Assembly (NCBI RefSeq): GCF_018977255.1
Contig: NW_024704743.1
Location: forward strand, 102,860,001-102,924,000
Length of the DNA stretch: 64,000 nt
Reading direction: 5' to 3'
DNA from: Callorhinchus milii
Taxonomy: Eukaryota
Shown here: one piece after another, positions 14,800 to 27,211 of the stretch
How positions within the stretch are numbered: the first letter of the stretch is position 1
How the letters are laid out: each line of letters starts with the position of its first letter
Program-made: the position numbers and the translations under genes
The notes under the pieces: generated by a model
Told to the model about the DNA's origin: nothing
The model's input: the letters and a program-made list of their open reading frames with translations, nothing else
The model's database searches: none

Positions 14800-15470
14800 T
14801 TTTAAACTATTTAACATTAAAATACACCTCTATAAAGTTCCATTTGCAACATTTTCTCTCAAGACTGAAGAGCCCAACGTGATTAAACGTGTTCATAACT
14901 CATTCCTTTTAACTGGGGATCATCCTTATGGATCTCTGTTGCACTGCCTCTAGGGTCTGGGCCTTATGTCCTCGGCCCACAACTGTATCCTATGTAAAAG
15001 TGCTCTGGTCCGACTGTATCTTGAGTATGTTTTCTGGGGATCTGAACTCAACTGATTTGTCAATAGAGTCCAGCATCGTGTTTGTCTTGTTTATTCCTGG
15101 TTCACACTGTTTTGATATGGTGAGTAATGAGTCAACAAATACCCCTAGATCTCTTTCTGCTTCCTGTTTGGCAAGTTCTATCCCACCCATAAAGTACATC
15201 CATTAGCTATTCTTACTTCCTGTATGAAGAACCTTGCATTTATCTGTATTAGACAACATTTGTCCAATTATCACCCCGGCATACTCTATCAAGCTCTTTT
15301 TGTAGGACCTTTGCTGCCTCTTCTAATTTCACACTTCCCTTCAGGTTGGTGTCTTCTGCAAATGTAACTATCTTACCTGGATTGATGAGTCCAGGTTATT
15401 GATGTATGAAAGGAACAGGAGGAACAGAACCCTGAGACCCAGCTTAACACAGCCCCATTTTATCCTGGCA
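14800..15470 (-). mobile_element. CR1 LINE RT fragment, degenerate
   Basis: ORF 14990..15199 (ERDLGVFVDSLL...INKTNTML) is CR1 RT C-terminal-like; gtcttctgcaaa near 15351 corresponds to a FADD-like motif. Confidence 0.75.
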
Positions 15471-15542
15471 TATTTAATGGTTATATATAAAATATAAGCT
15501 AAAAGAAAATGTCCTTTCCTCACTATTTCCTCACTCCACTAT

Positions 15543-15859
15543 TGTGGAGTCTTGTAGCTCAGTGGTTAGAGCACTTGCTTTGCAAGTGAGAGACCTGAGT
15601 TCAATTCCAGGCAGGGCGAAACCTTGGGCAAGTTTCCTTACTCCACACGCCTAATAATAATCCCTCCAAAAAAGAACCAATAATAAATTGGTCATTTTCA
15701 ATCTACGACTGTTTGTGGGACATTGCTGTGCGCAATTGGCTGCTGCGTTCGCCCACAAATATACAGTCAATTCACTTTACAGTATATTCTGTGAAGCGCT
15801 TTGGGACGTCTATAAGACGTGAAAAGTGCTATATCAAATGCAAGGATTATTATTATTAT
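15543..15859 (+). mobile_element. Young short-form tRNA/Deu SINE, full length
   Basis: Same structure as 7167-7497. Confidence 0.92.
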
Positions 15860-16807
15860 TTGATGACATCTATAAGAACAATGTGGTCCCATTATCTGAT
15901 GTGTCTGGTGAAGAAATTTACATCACTAATTATGACATTGACATCTTAATGAATGCAGATGATGTTATCCTGTTAGTAAGATGAATGGAAATTTGCAAAA
16001 TTTAAGTTATACTAAACAATGTTTAACTTATGAAGAGTAAGGACCATGCAGTTCAACAAAAAAATTAATGCACTCAATGATTATATTCATTTCTATCACT
16101 AATCCAACCCCAATGCCTCCTCATTTCCATTCATTACTCACGTTTGATTCTTACTTTTACCTGGACTAGTATCTTGATTGGGGCAAGAATAACATGCCAG
16201 ATAGGTGACCTTTGGTACCTGCTGATCGTGTGTTAACTGCTGGGAGGAAGACAAAAACAGCCTGGGCTGGCTGACCAATGATGAAACTTTATTGTTTGTT
16301 AAATCTAGCCATCTTTTCATTAAGTCTTTATGATGGAAAATCACATTATTATAAAGGCATATCAGAAAGGGTGCAATTTATTTTATTTCAGAAAATACAT
16401 TCAAATTTTATTTTTTAATAGCGTCATAAATCCCTTAATTGATGAATACTAAATTCACAAGGCTTGCGATTGCTGAACTAACACTAACCACAACATTGCA
16501 CGTTTTGCGTACGAGTATGTATACATAGAAACCTTCACTTTTGCCCATTAAATTATGAAATAAATAAATAAATGTACAATGGAAAGGAACATCATTTTAA
16601 GAGGTTCAGACTTAATAGGCCAGTGTTTATTCCTTAAATGAAGCCAACACACTTAAGAAGAAACAACTTGAGTGGTTTAACATGCTGTCCTTTCAGCTCT
16701 GGGACTTGGGGTTGAATCCAGCTATACTGGTGGAAGCAATCAGGCTTCACCTGCAACCTGGAACAATCCATGTACTGAAATTAAGTTAACCATTTAATAC
16801 TGGACAT

Positions 16808-18430
16808 AACAACAACAACAAAATTACATTTGTAGATTGCCTTTCATGGCAGGAGGATGTCTCAAGGTGCTGGACAATCAGTTTTTCGGACCCAAGCTAG
16901 TGTTTGGGATCGGAGAGGATGGAGAGCAGGTGGGAAGGAGGGTGATCGAAGGCACAGTCAAAGAGAAAGGTCTTGAGACTAGTCTTGAAGGAGGCAAGGG
17001 AGGAAACGAGGTGGAGGGACTGTGGGATGGAGTTCAAAAGGGTGGGGGCAGAGATTCATTCAAGATCCTGGTCCACACCTTCAAAGCCCATCATGGCCTT
17101 GCTCCCCCCTATGTCTGCAACCTCCTAACCCCTTAGCAATCTGCACGCACCCTCCGTTCAGTGTGCTCCAACCTGCTTCACATCGCCCGCCTCGCCTGCC
17201 AATGGTGGGGCGGGCGAGGCGGGGGATGTGAAGCAGGTCGGAGCCCGCTGAGCGGAGGGTGCGTGCAGGTTGCTAAGGGGTTAGGAGGTTGCAGAGGTAG
17301 GGGGGAGCCAGGCCATGATGGGCTTTGAAGGTGTGGACCAGGATCTTGAATTATATCCTCTCGGTGATGGGAAGCTAGTGGAGTTGGGTGAGGATGGGAG
17401 TGATAGGGTCACAGAGCCTGGTGCAGGAGAGGACACAGGCTGCAGAGTTCTGGATGATTTACAGCCTATTTAGGGAAGAGTTGGGGAGGTCGACAAGAGG
17501 GAGTTTGCATAGCCATGTTATGAATACGTGCATGAGGTATCTCGGCAGCCTGTGATGTGAGACAGTGGCGGATCCGGGCTATGTTGCGGAGGGGGGAAAG
17601 CAGAGCGGATCATGGCATGGATGTGGGATAGAAAGGATAGTTGAGGGCCAAGCAAGACACCAAGATTCCGGACTGGCTTAATAAGATGGAGTGTGCATCC
17701 TTGGATGGTGACGCTGTTAGCGCCTAAGGAGTGGAGGCACTGATGGGAGCCAATTAGGAGAGCCAGCGTCTTGTTGACATTCAACCATAGAAAGTTAGCT
17801 CTCATCCAGGACTTTCTATCAGGACAGCAGTGGTCGTGGAGTTGGGGCATGGAGGCAGAGAGATAGAGTTGGGTGTTATCCGCATGTGGAAGTTGACCCC
17901 ATGTCTGCGGATGCTGTTACCAAGAGGGAACATATAGATATTGAAGAGGAGGGGACCAAGTACAGAGCGCTGAGGAATGCAGCACAAGACAGTGCAGGGG
18001 CTAGAGGAGAAAACGATTGTTGAGACAAAGTGGAGATGGTGTAAGAGTAGGATCTGAACCATTCAAGGGCAGAACCATGAAGGTTGAGGTGAGAGTTGAG
18101 GTGGTGGAGGAGGATAGAGTGGTCAATGGTATCAAAGGCAGCAGAGAGGTCAAGGAAGACGAGGATGACAAGGAGGCACAGGGAGCCCTGGTCACTGATG
18201 GACAAAATGTCAGTTGTCACTTTGACCAAAGCTGTGTCTGTGCTGTGGGCAGCACTGAAACCTGATTGGAGGGGTTCATGAAGGGAGTGGTAGGAGAGGA
18301 AGGAGTGAAGCTGGGAAGCAACGACTTGTTTCAGGACCTTGGAAAGGAAAGGGAGGTTAGAGATGGTGCAGTAATTTGAGAGCAGGGATGGTTTTTTTTT
18401 TAAGGATAGGCGTGATGATGGCTGTTTTAA
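16808..18430 (-). mobile_element. L2 LINE 3' 1.6 kb with frameshifted RT and an internal inverted duplication
   Basis: ORFs with [41 protein letters not shown]; (aac)n tail at 16808. Confidence 0.9.
17058..17351. repeat. Long inverted repeat: 143-bp arms, 8-nt spacer
   Basis: 17058-17200 is the reverse complement of 17209-17351; about 10 mismatches and no indels by hand alignment. Confidence 0.95.
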
Positions 18431-19282
18431 ATCCAAATTACAACAGTAACCATCACTCAATAGTAACAGGCAATAAGGAAATCTGTTCTTGAGGAAATTA
18501 AAACGGGACGTGCTACTTTGGGGCTATAAAAAGGGAGTGTTACTGCATATGTGATCTGTGCTGCATTTGTAGTTGGAGAAACTCAGAGGAGAACTTAAAA
18601 TCTAAAGAGTGGGAAAATATTCAGTTCCACACATCTATTTTCTGTATCTTGAGCACCAAAACTTCCCAATTATTAAATGCACAGCATTAAGTATGGAGAT
18701 TTGTTCAGTCACAGTTATTGTATTCGGTGTTTGCCACCATCTTTCATTATCCAGATTGGCCATTGATAGCATGGAGAGCAACTTCTCCATTGCCCAAGAC
18801 TGTCAACAAACTGCACAAACAGATTTGAAATCATGTAGCAAAGCAACAGCCAAGCTAAATACAACGATTATCCAAAGTATTGTATTTGGAATAATACATT
18901 TCCCTGAGAAAGACTTTAGCTATATTTGGTATTTTCATTTCTAGTTCAAACTCATTAAAATAAAATTTACGTTGTTCTATCAATTTTATACAAAGATAAT
19001 GTATCCTTTCACTCTTAGTGGCAGCTGTTTGGCAGACAAGATTTAAATCCCCAAGCTAGCAAGAATAATAGGATTCACGAGTGCATTTCAACAACAACTT
19101 GCATTATTTAACGCCCTTCACATGGGGTAGCGTCTCAGAGCGCTTGACAGTGGCGGAGTCTGACCCCAATTTTAAAACTTAAAACAGAACACTGTGTCAT
19201 AGAGCTCCAATTAAGATTTAAATTATTTCACTTGTTTTATGTTAGAAACAGAACATTGAGTGAAGAGCTAAAGAATACAGAA

Positions 19283-19573
19283 TGTCAATGCACTTTACAG
19301 TGTATCCTGTGAAGTGCTTTGAGACGTATCAACAGCATGATAAGACACCATATAAAATACAAAGTTCATCATTATGATAATGATAAGTAGCATAACCATA
19401 AATCAGCACTTAAAGTATTACTTAAAATCAACAGAATATTTAAATAATATTTTAAATGCTGATTAATGGTTATGCTACTTCTTATCATCATAATTACGAT
19501 CCTTGCATTTTATATAGTGCTTTACCATGCTATTGAGATGTCTTAACAGGATATACTCTAAAGTGAATTGACA
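19283..19573. repeat. Degenerate inverted repeat (SINE tail plus flanking DNA), about 140-bp arms
   Basis: aagtagcataaccataaatcagca / tgctgattaatggttatgctactt; SINE tails facing each other; centre about 19427-19438. Confidence 0.85.
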
Positions 19574-19887
19574 GAGTATTTGTGAGCAAAATGTGTTGTT
19601 TACATGAAATAAATTCTTAATTTCATTGCCCTCCACCAATTATCTTCCATCTTATTTTATGCATCATAAACAATCATGTATAAAGGTATAGGGAACTCAA
19701 CAATGTGTGACTACAACACGTGGCTGGAAATGATTGGAGTTGAAGTATCCTCAATGAAACACTGCACCTTCAGCCCAACTGAGCTCCAGTTACTGAAATA
19801 TAAGCTAAACTTGATTGTTTGGGTTGTTTTTGGTCAGCTGGCTGCTTGAAACATACAAAAATCAATCATCATAATTAAGAGTATTCA

Positions 19888-20185
19888 AACAACAACAACA
19901 ACAAGATTACATTTGTATAGTGCCTTTCACATGGGAGGATGTCCCAAGGCTCTGGACAGAGTACAGTATTTCAGACTCGAGCTGGGTTCAGGGGGTGGAG
20001 AAGGGGAAGGGGGGTGACTGATGGCATGGTCGAAAAGGAGGGTCTTGAGGCGGAATTTGAAGGAGGCTAAGGAGGGGGCGAGGCGGAGTGAATGGGGGAT
20101 GGAATTCCAGAGGTTGGTGGGGCGAGTGGGTCAGGGGACGTGGAGCAGGCCAGAGCCGGCTGAGCAGAGGGAATGGGTAGGTTGG
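19888..20185 (-). mobile_element. L2 LINE 3' end
   Basis: (aac)n tail, cctttcacatgggaggatgtccc stem-loop, G-rich body. Confidence 0.8.
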
Positions 20186-20744
20186 TATAAATTGGCTCCA
20201 CGAATTCTGGATCAAGCCATTCCTTTTGGGAACAGAAATATATTGTACCTCCAGGTAAAACAGAAAAGGACTTTTATTTTACAATGAAAGTGGTAAGGAA
20301 TTAAAGATTAGTGGATGGAATCTGTGATATTTCACAATACATTTCTTGTGATAACTATTATAAGGAACACGTTATAAAATGTTTCGCCCACAAATATCCG
20401 GTCAATTTACTTTACAATCTATTCTGTGAAGTGCTTTGGGACGTCGAGAAGACGTGAAAAGCGCTATATCAAATGCAAGGATTATTATTATTATTATAAA
20501 ATGTTGCTATTTCATACTGTTCAATAATTAATACTCAATGATGAATCACCTCTAGGTTAGAAGGCTGTATTTTGACTTTGAGATCATAAAGTCTTAATGT
20601 TCCAGCATAATAAAAGGCTATAGCAAATGTATTGTTATTATATTGTTACAACAGATATTTATTTATATTATCAATTATATCACTAACAATTAACTTGTTG
20701 TAGAGATTGTGGATTCTATCTAAAACTAAATGTGTATCAATCAT

Positions 20745-21320
20745 TGTAGGCTGCAACTGCAGCATTGTGTCGAGTTCTGGGCATCTTACTTCAGCAAAGA
20801 TGTTAGGGCCTTGGAAGGGGTGCAGAGAAGGTTCACTAGAATGATTCTGAGGATGAGGGGTTACAGTTCTGAGGAGATTGGGGAAGCTGGGTCTGTTTCA
20901 TTGCAGCACAGAAGGTTAAGAGGGGGACTTGATTGAGGTTTACAAAATCATGAGGAGTTTTGTGTGAAAGGTGCTTTACAAATGTAATTTTGTTGTTGTT
21001 AGGTTAAATAGAGAAGTTATTTCCATTAATTTAGGAGTCAGTAACTAGGGAACACAGTTATAAAATAGCCACAAGAAGAGCAAAAGAAGAATTTAGGAAG
21101 AATTTTTCACCCAGAGCATTGTTAGGATGTGGAACACCCTGCAAAGTAGAATAGTGGAAGCAGAGTCCGTTATAGCTTTCAAGAGAAAAGTAAACAAGCA
21201 TATGAAAGAGATGCTCTTGAAGAGGTATGGGGATAAGGCAGGGCAGTGGGATTCGAGCAATCTGCTGTGAGCTGGTGCCGACTCAATGTCTCAACTTACT
21301 TTGTTCTGCGCTGTAGATTT
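20745..21320 (+). mobile_element. CR1 LINE 3' fragment with an L2 tail inserted at about 20962-21000
   Basis: ORF 20730..20936 CVEFWASY...LEGVQRRFTRMI...RRLRG. Confidence 0.8.
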
Positions 21321-22344
21321 CAATGTTAAACCCCTTGTCAGGACTTTGAACTCGTACAGTCTGGGGAGAAGCGAGTTTCTCAGTGTCCTCACCAATAATC
21401 CTTCAGGTAAAATTGGTCATTCACTCCATGGCTATTTGTGTGTTATTGCTGTGTGCAAATTGGTTGCTGCATTCATCTTCAGCATACACAGTAACTCCAT
21501 TTTACAATATATTCTGTGAAGCATGTTATTATTAACAATAATAATTTTACAACTACAAGCCACTGTGAAGCGCTCCAAGATGCTACCCTGCATGAAGGGC
21601 ACTATATAAATGTAAGTTGTTGTTGCACTGAACTAAAATCTTGACATAGAAAAAAATATTTTATGTTCATGGTTTGGGCAAATTATATGTTACAATTCCC
21701 AATATTAATTAAAGAATAAGCAACATAAGCCTTCCTTTTGTATTCTTCCCTTTCCTACAGGTTAATTATGGATATGAAGTATGATCATTTGATTGTTACT
21801 GAGAACAGGGAATTATTTTACTCCAGCCTGGCCCCAAATGCTGACTCAAACATCTTAGTGACATTGATCATCCTCTGGATGGCAGAGACCAAATAAATAT
21901 CTAAACTGAATAGGAAATGGTTTTGAAAAATGCTTAGCAATGAGGCCTCTGTGAACAATCAGTGACGGATTTCTGCTCCAAGGTGAATTTGTGATTCAGA
22001 TAGCTCAGCGGTTGGTATGTTTTGTAAATAGCAAAGGGATCATAAAATTTATTTAGAACATTTCTAGAATGTAAGGAATATAATCAGAATTACGGAGGAT
22101 TTTGTTATGGATGATAAATTGTTAGGGAAAAGTGAAAAATCTTTTTATGACCGCAATTAATCATCACTGCTTAATGACAGTGCAAGTAGATATTGGTGAG
22201 GTTTTATTTGCTTATGACAAGGCTTCATCTTATAAATTAAAATATATAATTTTACACTCTTGTACATACCAAGCGTAGAAGAAAATTGTTAGAACTGATG
22301 AATATTGAATTTCTTAATGGCTCAAGGAATTTATTTGATGGAAT

Positions 22345-22995
22345 TATAAAACCAGAAGGTCCCAGATTCAATCTTCAGTATATGCTGAGTTAGTTGTTTT
22401 CTGCTATTGCAGCAATAGGGTGCCAAGGCAATGCTCTTAATGTCAAGCTTTAGAGAGGCGAAAATCAGCCAGGATTCCCATTTACGGTTTGCAGGCCTAT
22501 GGGAGAGCACCTGGGACTCCGATTTAATTGGATAGCTCTTTTCATAGAGCTAACACAGACACGATGGGCTGAATGGCCTTCTTCTGTGGTGTGTAATTCT
22601 ATGATTCTATGACCCTGGTGATTCTGTTCTAATATCAGATGAGAACAGGATTAAACTCAACCTCTGCTTCTCCCCCCACCACAACACACACAAACTTCCC
22701 CACCTCAGTCTATCATACTATCCTTACTCACTATCAATGCTCATCCACAGATTATGGCCATTGGGTTAAATACCAGATAGAACCATATGAAGAAGGTAAG
22801 AGCAATTAATCTTCTTACACTCATGTATTGATGTTAGATGAGGACATGTTAAGGGTTCACCTCACCCCCTGTCCCTTCCGCCCCCACCCCCACTAGTCTA
22901 ACAAACTCCTATTGCTGCCACTGTCAACACCCATAGATAATGGCCAATTGATTTAGGTAACAGCTGGAACCATAGCTCCAGGGGACGGTAAAAAC
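22345..22995 (+). mobile_element. Fragments of a different old SINE-like family, with a CR1 3' end inserted at about 22485-22610
   Basis: B-box-like cccagattcaatc; similarity to 36290-36490; locally repeated atggcca...gaaccat block; CR1 tail attctatgattctatga. Confidence 0.45.
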
Positions 22996-23279
22996 AGCCA
23001 AGCTCCTTCAAACCCAGAGATTGGGAGAAGATGAAATTGGTGAGAGGGAAAGTAAACATTTATCTTGCATCATTTGAATTAAGTGTGATGATTTCTCAAG
23101 AATGTTACTGAAACAATATTGAATTGTATACGAATACAGACAGAAGAGGCACAGAATCCAGGATATTTATAACATCATATTAGAGTTTTTTTAATCCTAA
23201 ATAGAAACTTTTTTTAAAAAAAATAGAAAATATATATTAGGCATCTAGTATGTGACTTTTATTGGGGCTGAAAGCAGAT

Positions 23280-23720
23280 GTTACCTCAATGGTAGCAGTA
23301 GTAGCATTCTCTCCTCTGAATGAGAAGGTTGTGGGCTCAAATCCAAAGTCGGGACTTGAACTCACAGTATAAGCTGACACTCCAGTGCAGCGCTGAAATG
23401 TGTTGCATTGTTAAAGGTTCTATCCTTCAGATGAGATGTTAAATTGTGGTCCCAGCTACCTGTTCAGGTGGATGTTAAAAATCTCATGGCACAATTTAAA
23501 AAGAGAAGGGAATTTCTCCAGAGTTCCTGGCCATCAGTCCTCCAAATACAATTGATCACTCATTTCATGGCTGTTTGTGGGACCTTGCTGTGCACAATTG
23601 TGCTGCCAATTTGCCTACAAAATTTAGTCATTCCACTTTCCAGTAAATTCGGTAAAGTGCTTTGAGACGTCCTTCCAACGTGATAAGACGCTATACAAAG
23701 ATTATTATTAATATTATAAT
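23280..23720 (+). mobile_element. Older Deu SINE, near full length
   Basis: Head, Deu core and tail all recognisable. Confidence 0.8.
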
Positions 23721-24028
23721 TCTAGCTGAAAAAAATCAGGAACGTGTTCATTATCTCCACAAAATATAGCTTAAATGTTGCTCAAAACATGAGCTTGTAA
23801 TGTCTGGGTACATTTGGCTTAAGTTTAGCGTCATCAGTAAAAGGGCCAGCACCAAAAGGTAGGACACATTAAAATAATTGTACAGCCAACATACACAGTG
23901 CTGACTGCCAACCAACCTCTGTAGCACATGTCCAACAATAAACTGCTTTCACACTAATTGGCCCGTGTGCTGTTCCCGCCCACGTAATAATGTCACGCCG
24001 AGCCTACATGATGATGTTACACACTTAC

Positions 24029-24104
24029 AGTCATTGACCCCAATCACAATGTGCATCAGACAACCGTTCAGTGGAGAGCGACATTGAGGAGCTAGTTATC
24101 TTAA
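24029..24104 (-). other. Candidate 76-nt stop-containing (poison) cassette exon of CSMD3
   Basis: Acceptor TTGTTTTTTAATTTGTTTCAG, donor CT|GTAAGT, in-frame TGA at 24033-24031. Confidence 0.35.
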
Positions 24105-24188
24105 CTGAAACAAATTAAAAAACAATGCAGGTTGTAATTTCCAGCAGAAACTATTAACGTAAGTTTGACAATGATTCCACTGACGTAC

Positions 24189-24215
24189 TGTAGAGATCCC
24201 TAGTCCACTGTACAG
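24189..24215 (-). other. Candidate 27-nt in-frame microexon of CSMD3 (AVQWTRDLY)
   Basis: Acceptor GTTTGTTTTTCTTCCTTTTTAG, donor A|GTACGT, symmetric phase 1-1, no stop, non-repetitive context. Confidence 0.4.
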
Positions 24216-24829
24216 CTAAAAAGGAAGAAAAACAAACCACACTAAGAGGATGATATTTAGTTTAATAAGTATCAAAGCTCGTCAGAAATAATTGTGTTTG
24301 CCTAGAAGAAAATAAAGTACGTGAACAAATTGGCTTATTGCAGAGATGGTTGGCCAGACAGCATAAGCTTTATCACACCACAAAAGCCAATTTGCCTATG
24401 GCAGGAGAACTGATGAAGCAATACAAATTCCTTACAAAAGGCAGGCAGCAGAGATATCAGCATAGATTGCTTGGGAGAATGTTGCATGAAGGTCACCATA
24501 TGATCAGGAGGTACTGGGAAACAATTAAAACCTTTAGTATGGTAGTTCAGGCTGAGTAAACAGTATTATAGGACTGTTTTCAGAACTGTACTATTTGTGG
24601 AAAACTAGTTGAGAATCAGTGATGCTGTTTATTCTTGAAGAATGTGATGATGGGAAGTTGGATGTAACTGTCTTTGGGCGAAAAAATACATGATACTCAT
24701 GGATGTCAATTGATATTCTTTTTCTATTAAATAACTTAATGATCCAGCACATTGTGATCCTAGTATTGCATAACATGAGTATCCAAACCAAACTTCCATA
24801 TATGTATGCCACCTATAAAGGAAATTTAT

Positions 24830-25258
24830 TAAGATAATCATCTTTATATTGATATAGCATTTTTCATGTCGGGAGGATATCTCAAAGTGCTTTGCAGGAT
24901 TTATTGTAAAGTGGGATGACTGTATATTTGTGAGCAAACATGGCAGCCAATTTGCATACAACAATGTCCCACAAACATCCATGATGTGAATGAGCAATTT
25001 TATCCTGCGTATTGTTGGTCAGAATACCAGGAGAAACTTTTCAAAAAGTGCAATAGGATCTTGAAGTCCATCTAAACAGGTAGACGGTGCTTCTGTGTCT
25101 CAATCTAAGGACCTCACCTCCAATAATACTGCACATCTCCCAGCACTACACTGGAAACTCAGCCAAGATTATATGAGTTCCAAGTCCTGATGTTGGGATT
25201 GAACCACAACTGTCTGATGCAAGGGTGAGAATTCTATCAACTAAGCCAGGGTGACACA
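24830..25258 (-). mobile_element. Older Deu SINE, near full length, inserted in a copy of the unclassified repeat
   Basis: Reverse complement of the 23280-23720 type; flanks continue the unclassified family. Confidence 0.75.
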
Positions 25259-25539
25259 TGAATTTACATGTGTCTGAAATGGACCATATCCTATGTCCCT
25301 GGAGGGGTGTGCTCTGATTACCTAATACTGGAGAGTACTAGGCACAAATTGACAAGAGCCAAGGTTTAGGTGACTCCAGAATGTGCATTACTGTTGGAGT
25401 ATAACCTCATAACATAAATCACATTGCCACCAGGAAAATCCCAATAAATTAAACTAACTAGCAAGATATTGGCTCCATTGGCCAATAATCCCATACATCC
25501 ACACATACATACACACACACGCATATATACATACATAAA

Positions 25540-25722
25540 ATAAAATTGGTCATTCACTTCGAGACTGATGTAGGACATTGCCGTGCAAAAACTGATTGAC
25601 ACATTAGCTTACAAATATAGTCACTGCACTTTACAATAAGCTGCTGTGAAACACTTGAAGATATTTAGACTATATAAGATGCTACTCCAAATGCAGGGAT
25701 TATTTATCATTATTATTATTAT
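25540..25722 (+). mobile_element. Deu SINE 3' half
   Basis: aattggtcattcacttc...ggacattgccgtgca...(tta)n. Confidence 0.7.
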
Positions 25723-26887
25723 TTCACGGGACGTGCTCCTATTTCCATACTATGGACCATGACTGATACCCCCTCTAGGAACCCCCCCAAATTATTCAGC
25801 GTCATGAACTGAGGACAGAACGTATAAATCCAGTCTGTACATTCATATCGATCTCAAACTGTGTGATATTTTATCACTTCCAGCAATTTAAGCTGGGATC
25901 AATCTTCCAGATGAGAGTTCAGCACTCAGTGTTCGATATAAAAGGATATTCCATCAGTACTTCTTTCACCATCGGTATAAACTATCACAAATGGACCATT
26001 AAATATTATGCAGGCTCAGTGAAACAAAGTGAATAATCACTGAAATGGTGTGCCTGAATAGCTTTCAGTATAATGCACATATTGCAAAGCTCAGCAGTCT
26101 TTCAATTTGGATTGTGCTGTCATCTCTGGAGACTTGTATTCAAAGTTAACCAAAAGCAAGAAGGTGATTAAAATGATAACTTCCTTCTAATAATTTGAGT
26201 CCAAATTGCAATGAATTGAATTATTCTCAAACAACACTGAAATGCACTTCGTAAAAACATTGCAACTGAATTCATTACACTCAATTAAGGGTTGTGCAGT
26301 TGTATAGTATTATTGGGTGGAAAATGGGCACTATTGTAGAAAGATGTCATTATCAATGATTAGTTTGCTTTATTCAAAAAATTCCATTATTGATAAACAG
26401 TTGTTATGGTCTTCCTTGCAGAACAACAAATTACATTTATGCAGCACCTTTCACAATGGGAGGACATCCCAAGTTAAGAGTATCTTCCTGAGTGTTAAAC
26501 TATATTTAGCTTTTTCTAGCAACAGTATACAGTAGCAAGATATTGTAGCATTGAAGAGAGCACAGCATAGACTTATAAGGATGTTACCTGGGATGAGTGG
26601 ACACAGCTATCAACAACAACTTGCATTTACATAGTGCCCTTCACATGTATATGCTCAGAGTGCTCAATGTTATGAGAATGTGGAACTCAATGTTGGAAGC
26701 TGTGGTTGCAGCTGTGCCTATCAAGATCCTCTCACTGATCTACAAATCCCTTCAAAGCTGAAATCATAATATTATTCTGACAATAATTATTACAATAATC
26801 CTCATGGCAATCTAATTTTGAACAAAAAAAAACTGAATTCCATTTAAAGACACAAGGTTAAAGTGTAGTTTTACAGTAGTTCCTTAC

Positions 26888-27076
26888 CATCACAACTTGG
26901 TAATGGATGATTCCACCAATGGTTTTTTTCACATATCAGAGGCTCTTCATGTCCTAGTGTATAGCCAGGTTCACAGTTGAATGTCACTTTTGAGCCTATT
27001 GAAAACTCTTGGCCATATCGATGCCCATTAACAGGTATACCTGGATCCATGCAGGAATATGTATCAACTGCAACAC
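26888..27076 (-). CDS. CSMD3: CSMD3 internal exon (189 nt, phase 1-1), sushi domain; not in the supplied ORF track
   Basis: CTTGCAG|GT acceptor, G|GTAAGG donor. Hand translation SVAVDTYSCMDPGIPVNGHRYGQEFSIGSKVTFNCEPGYTLGHEEPLICEKNHWWNHPLPSCD. Confidence 0.95.
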
Positions 27077-27211
27077 CTGCAAGGGAAAAGGGAAAACATG
27101 AAGCAAAGCGAATAAACTATGAACCTTAAAGTTAAGTATTTTTTCATTATTTCACAAAAGCTGCTATTTGCCACTGCTACCCGCTCCACAAGACATCCAT
27201 GTTCAGAGCAA

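Noticed and set aside
15543..15620. tRNA gene calls at SINE heads
   Set aside because: Each continues directly into SINE body and tail; no standalone tRNA gene seen.
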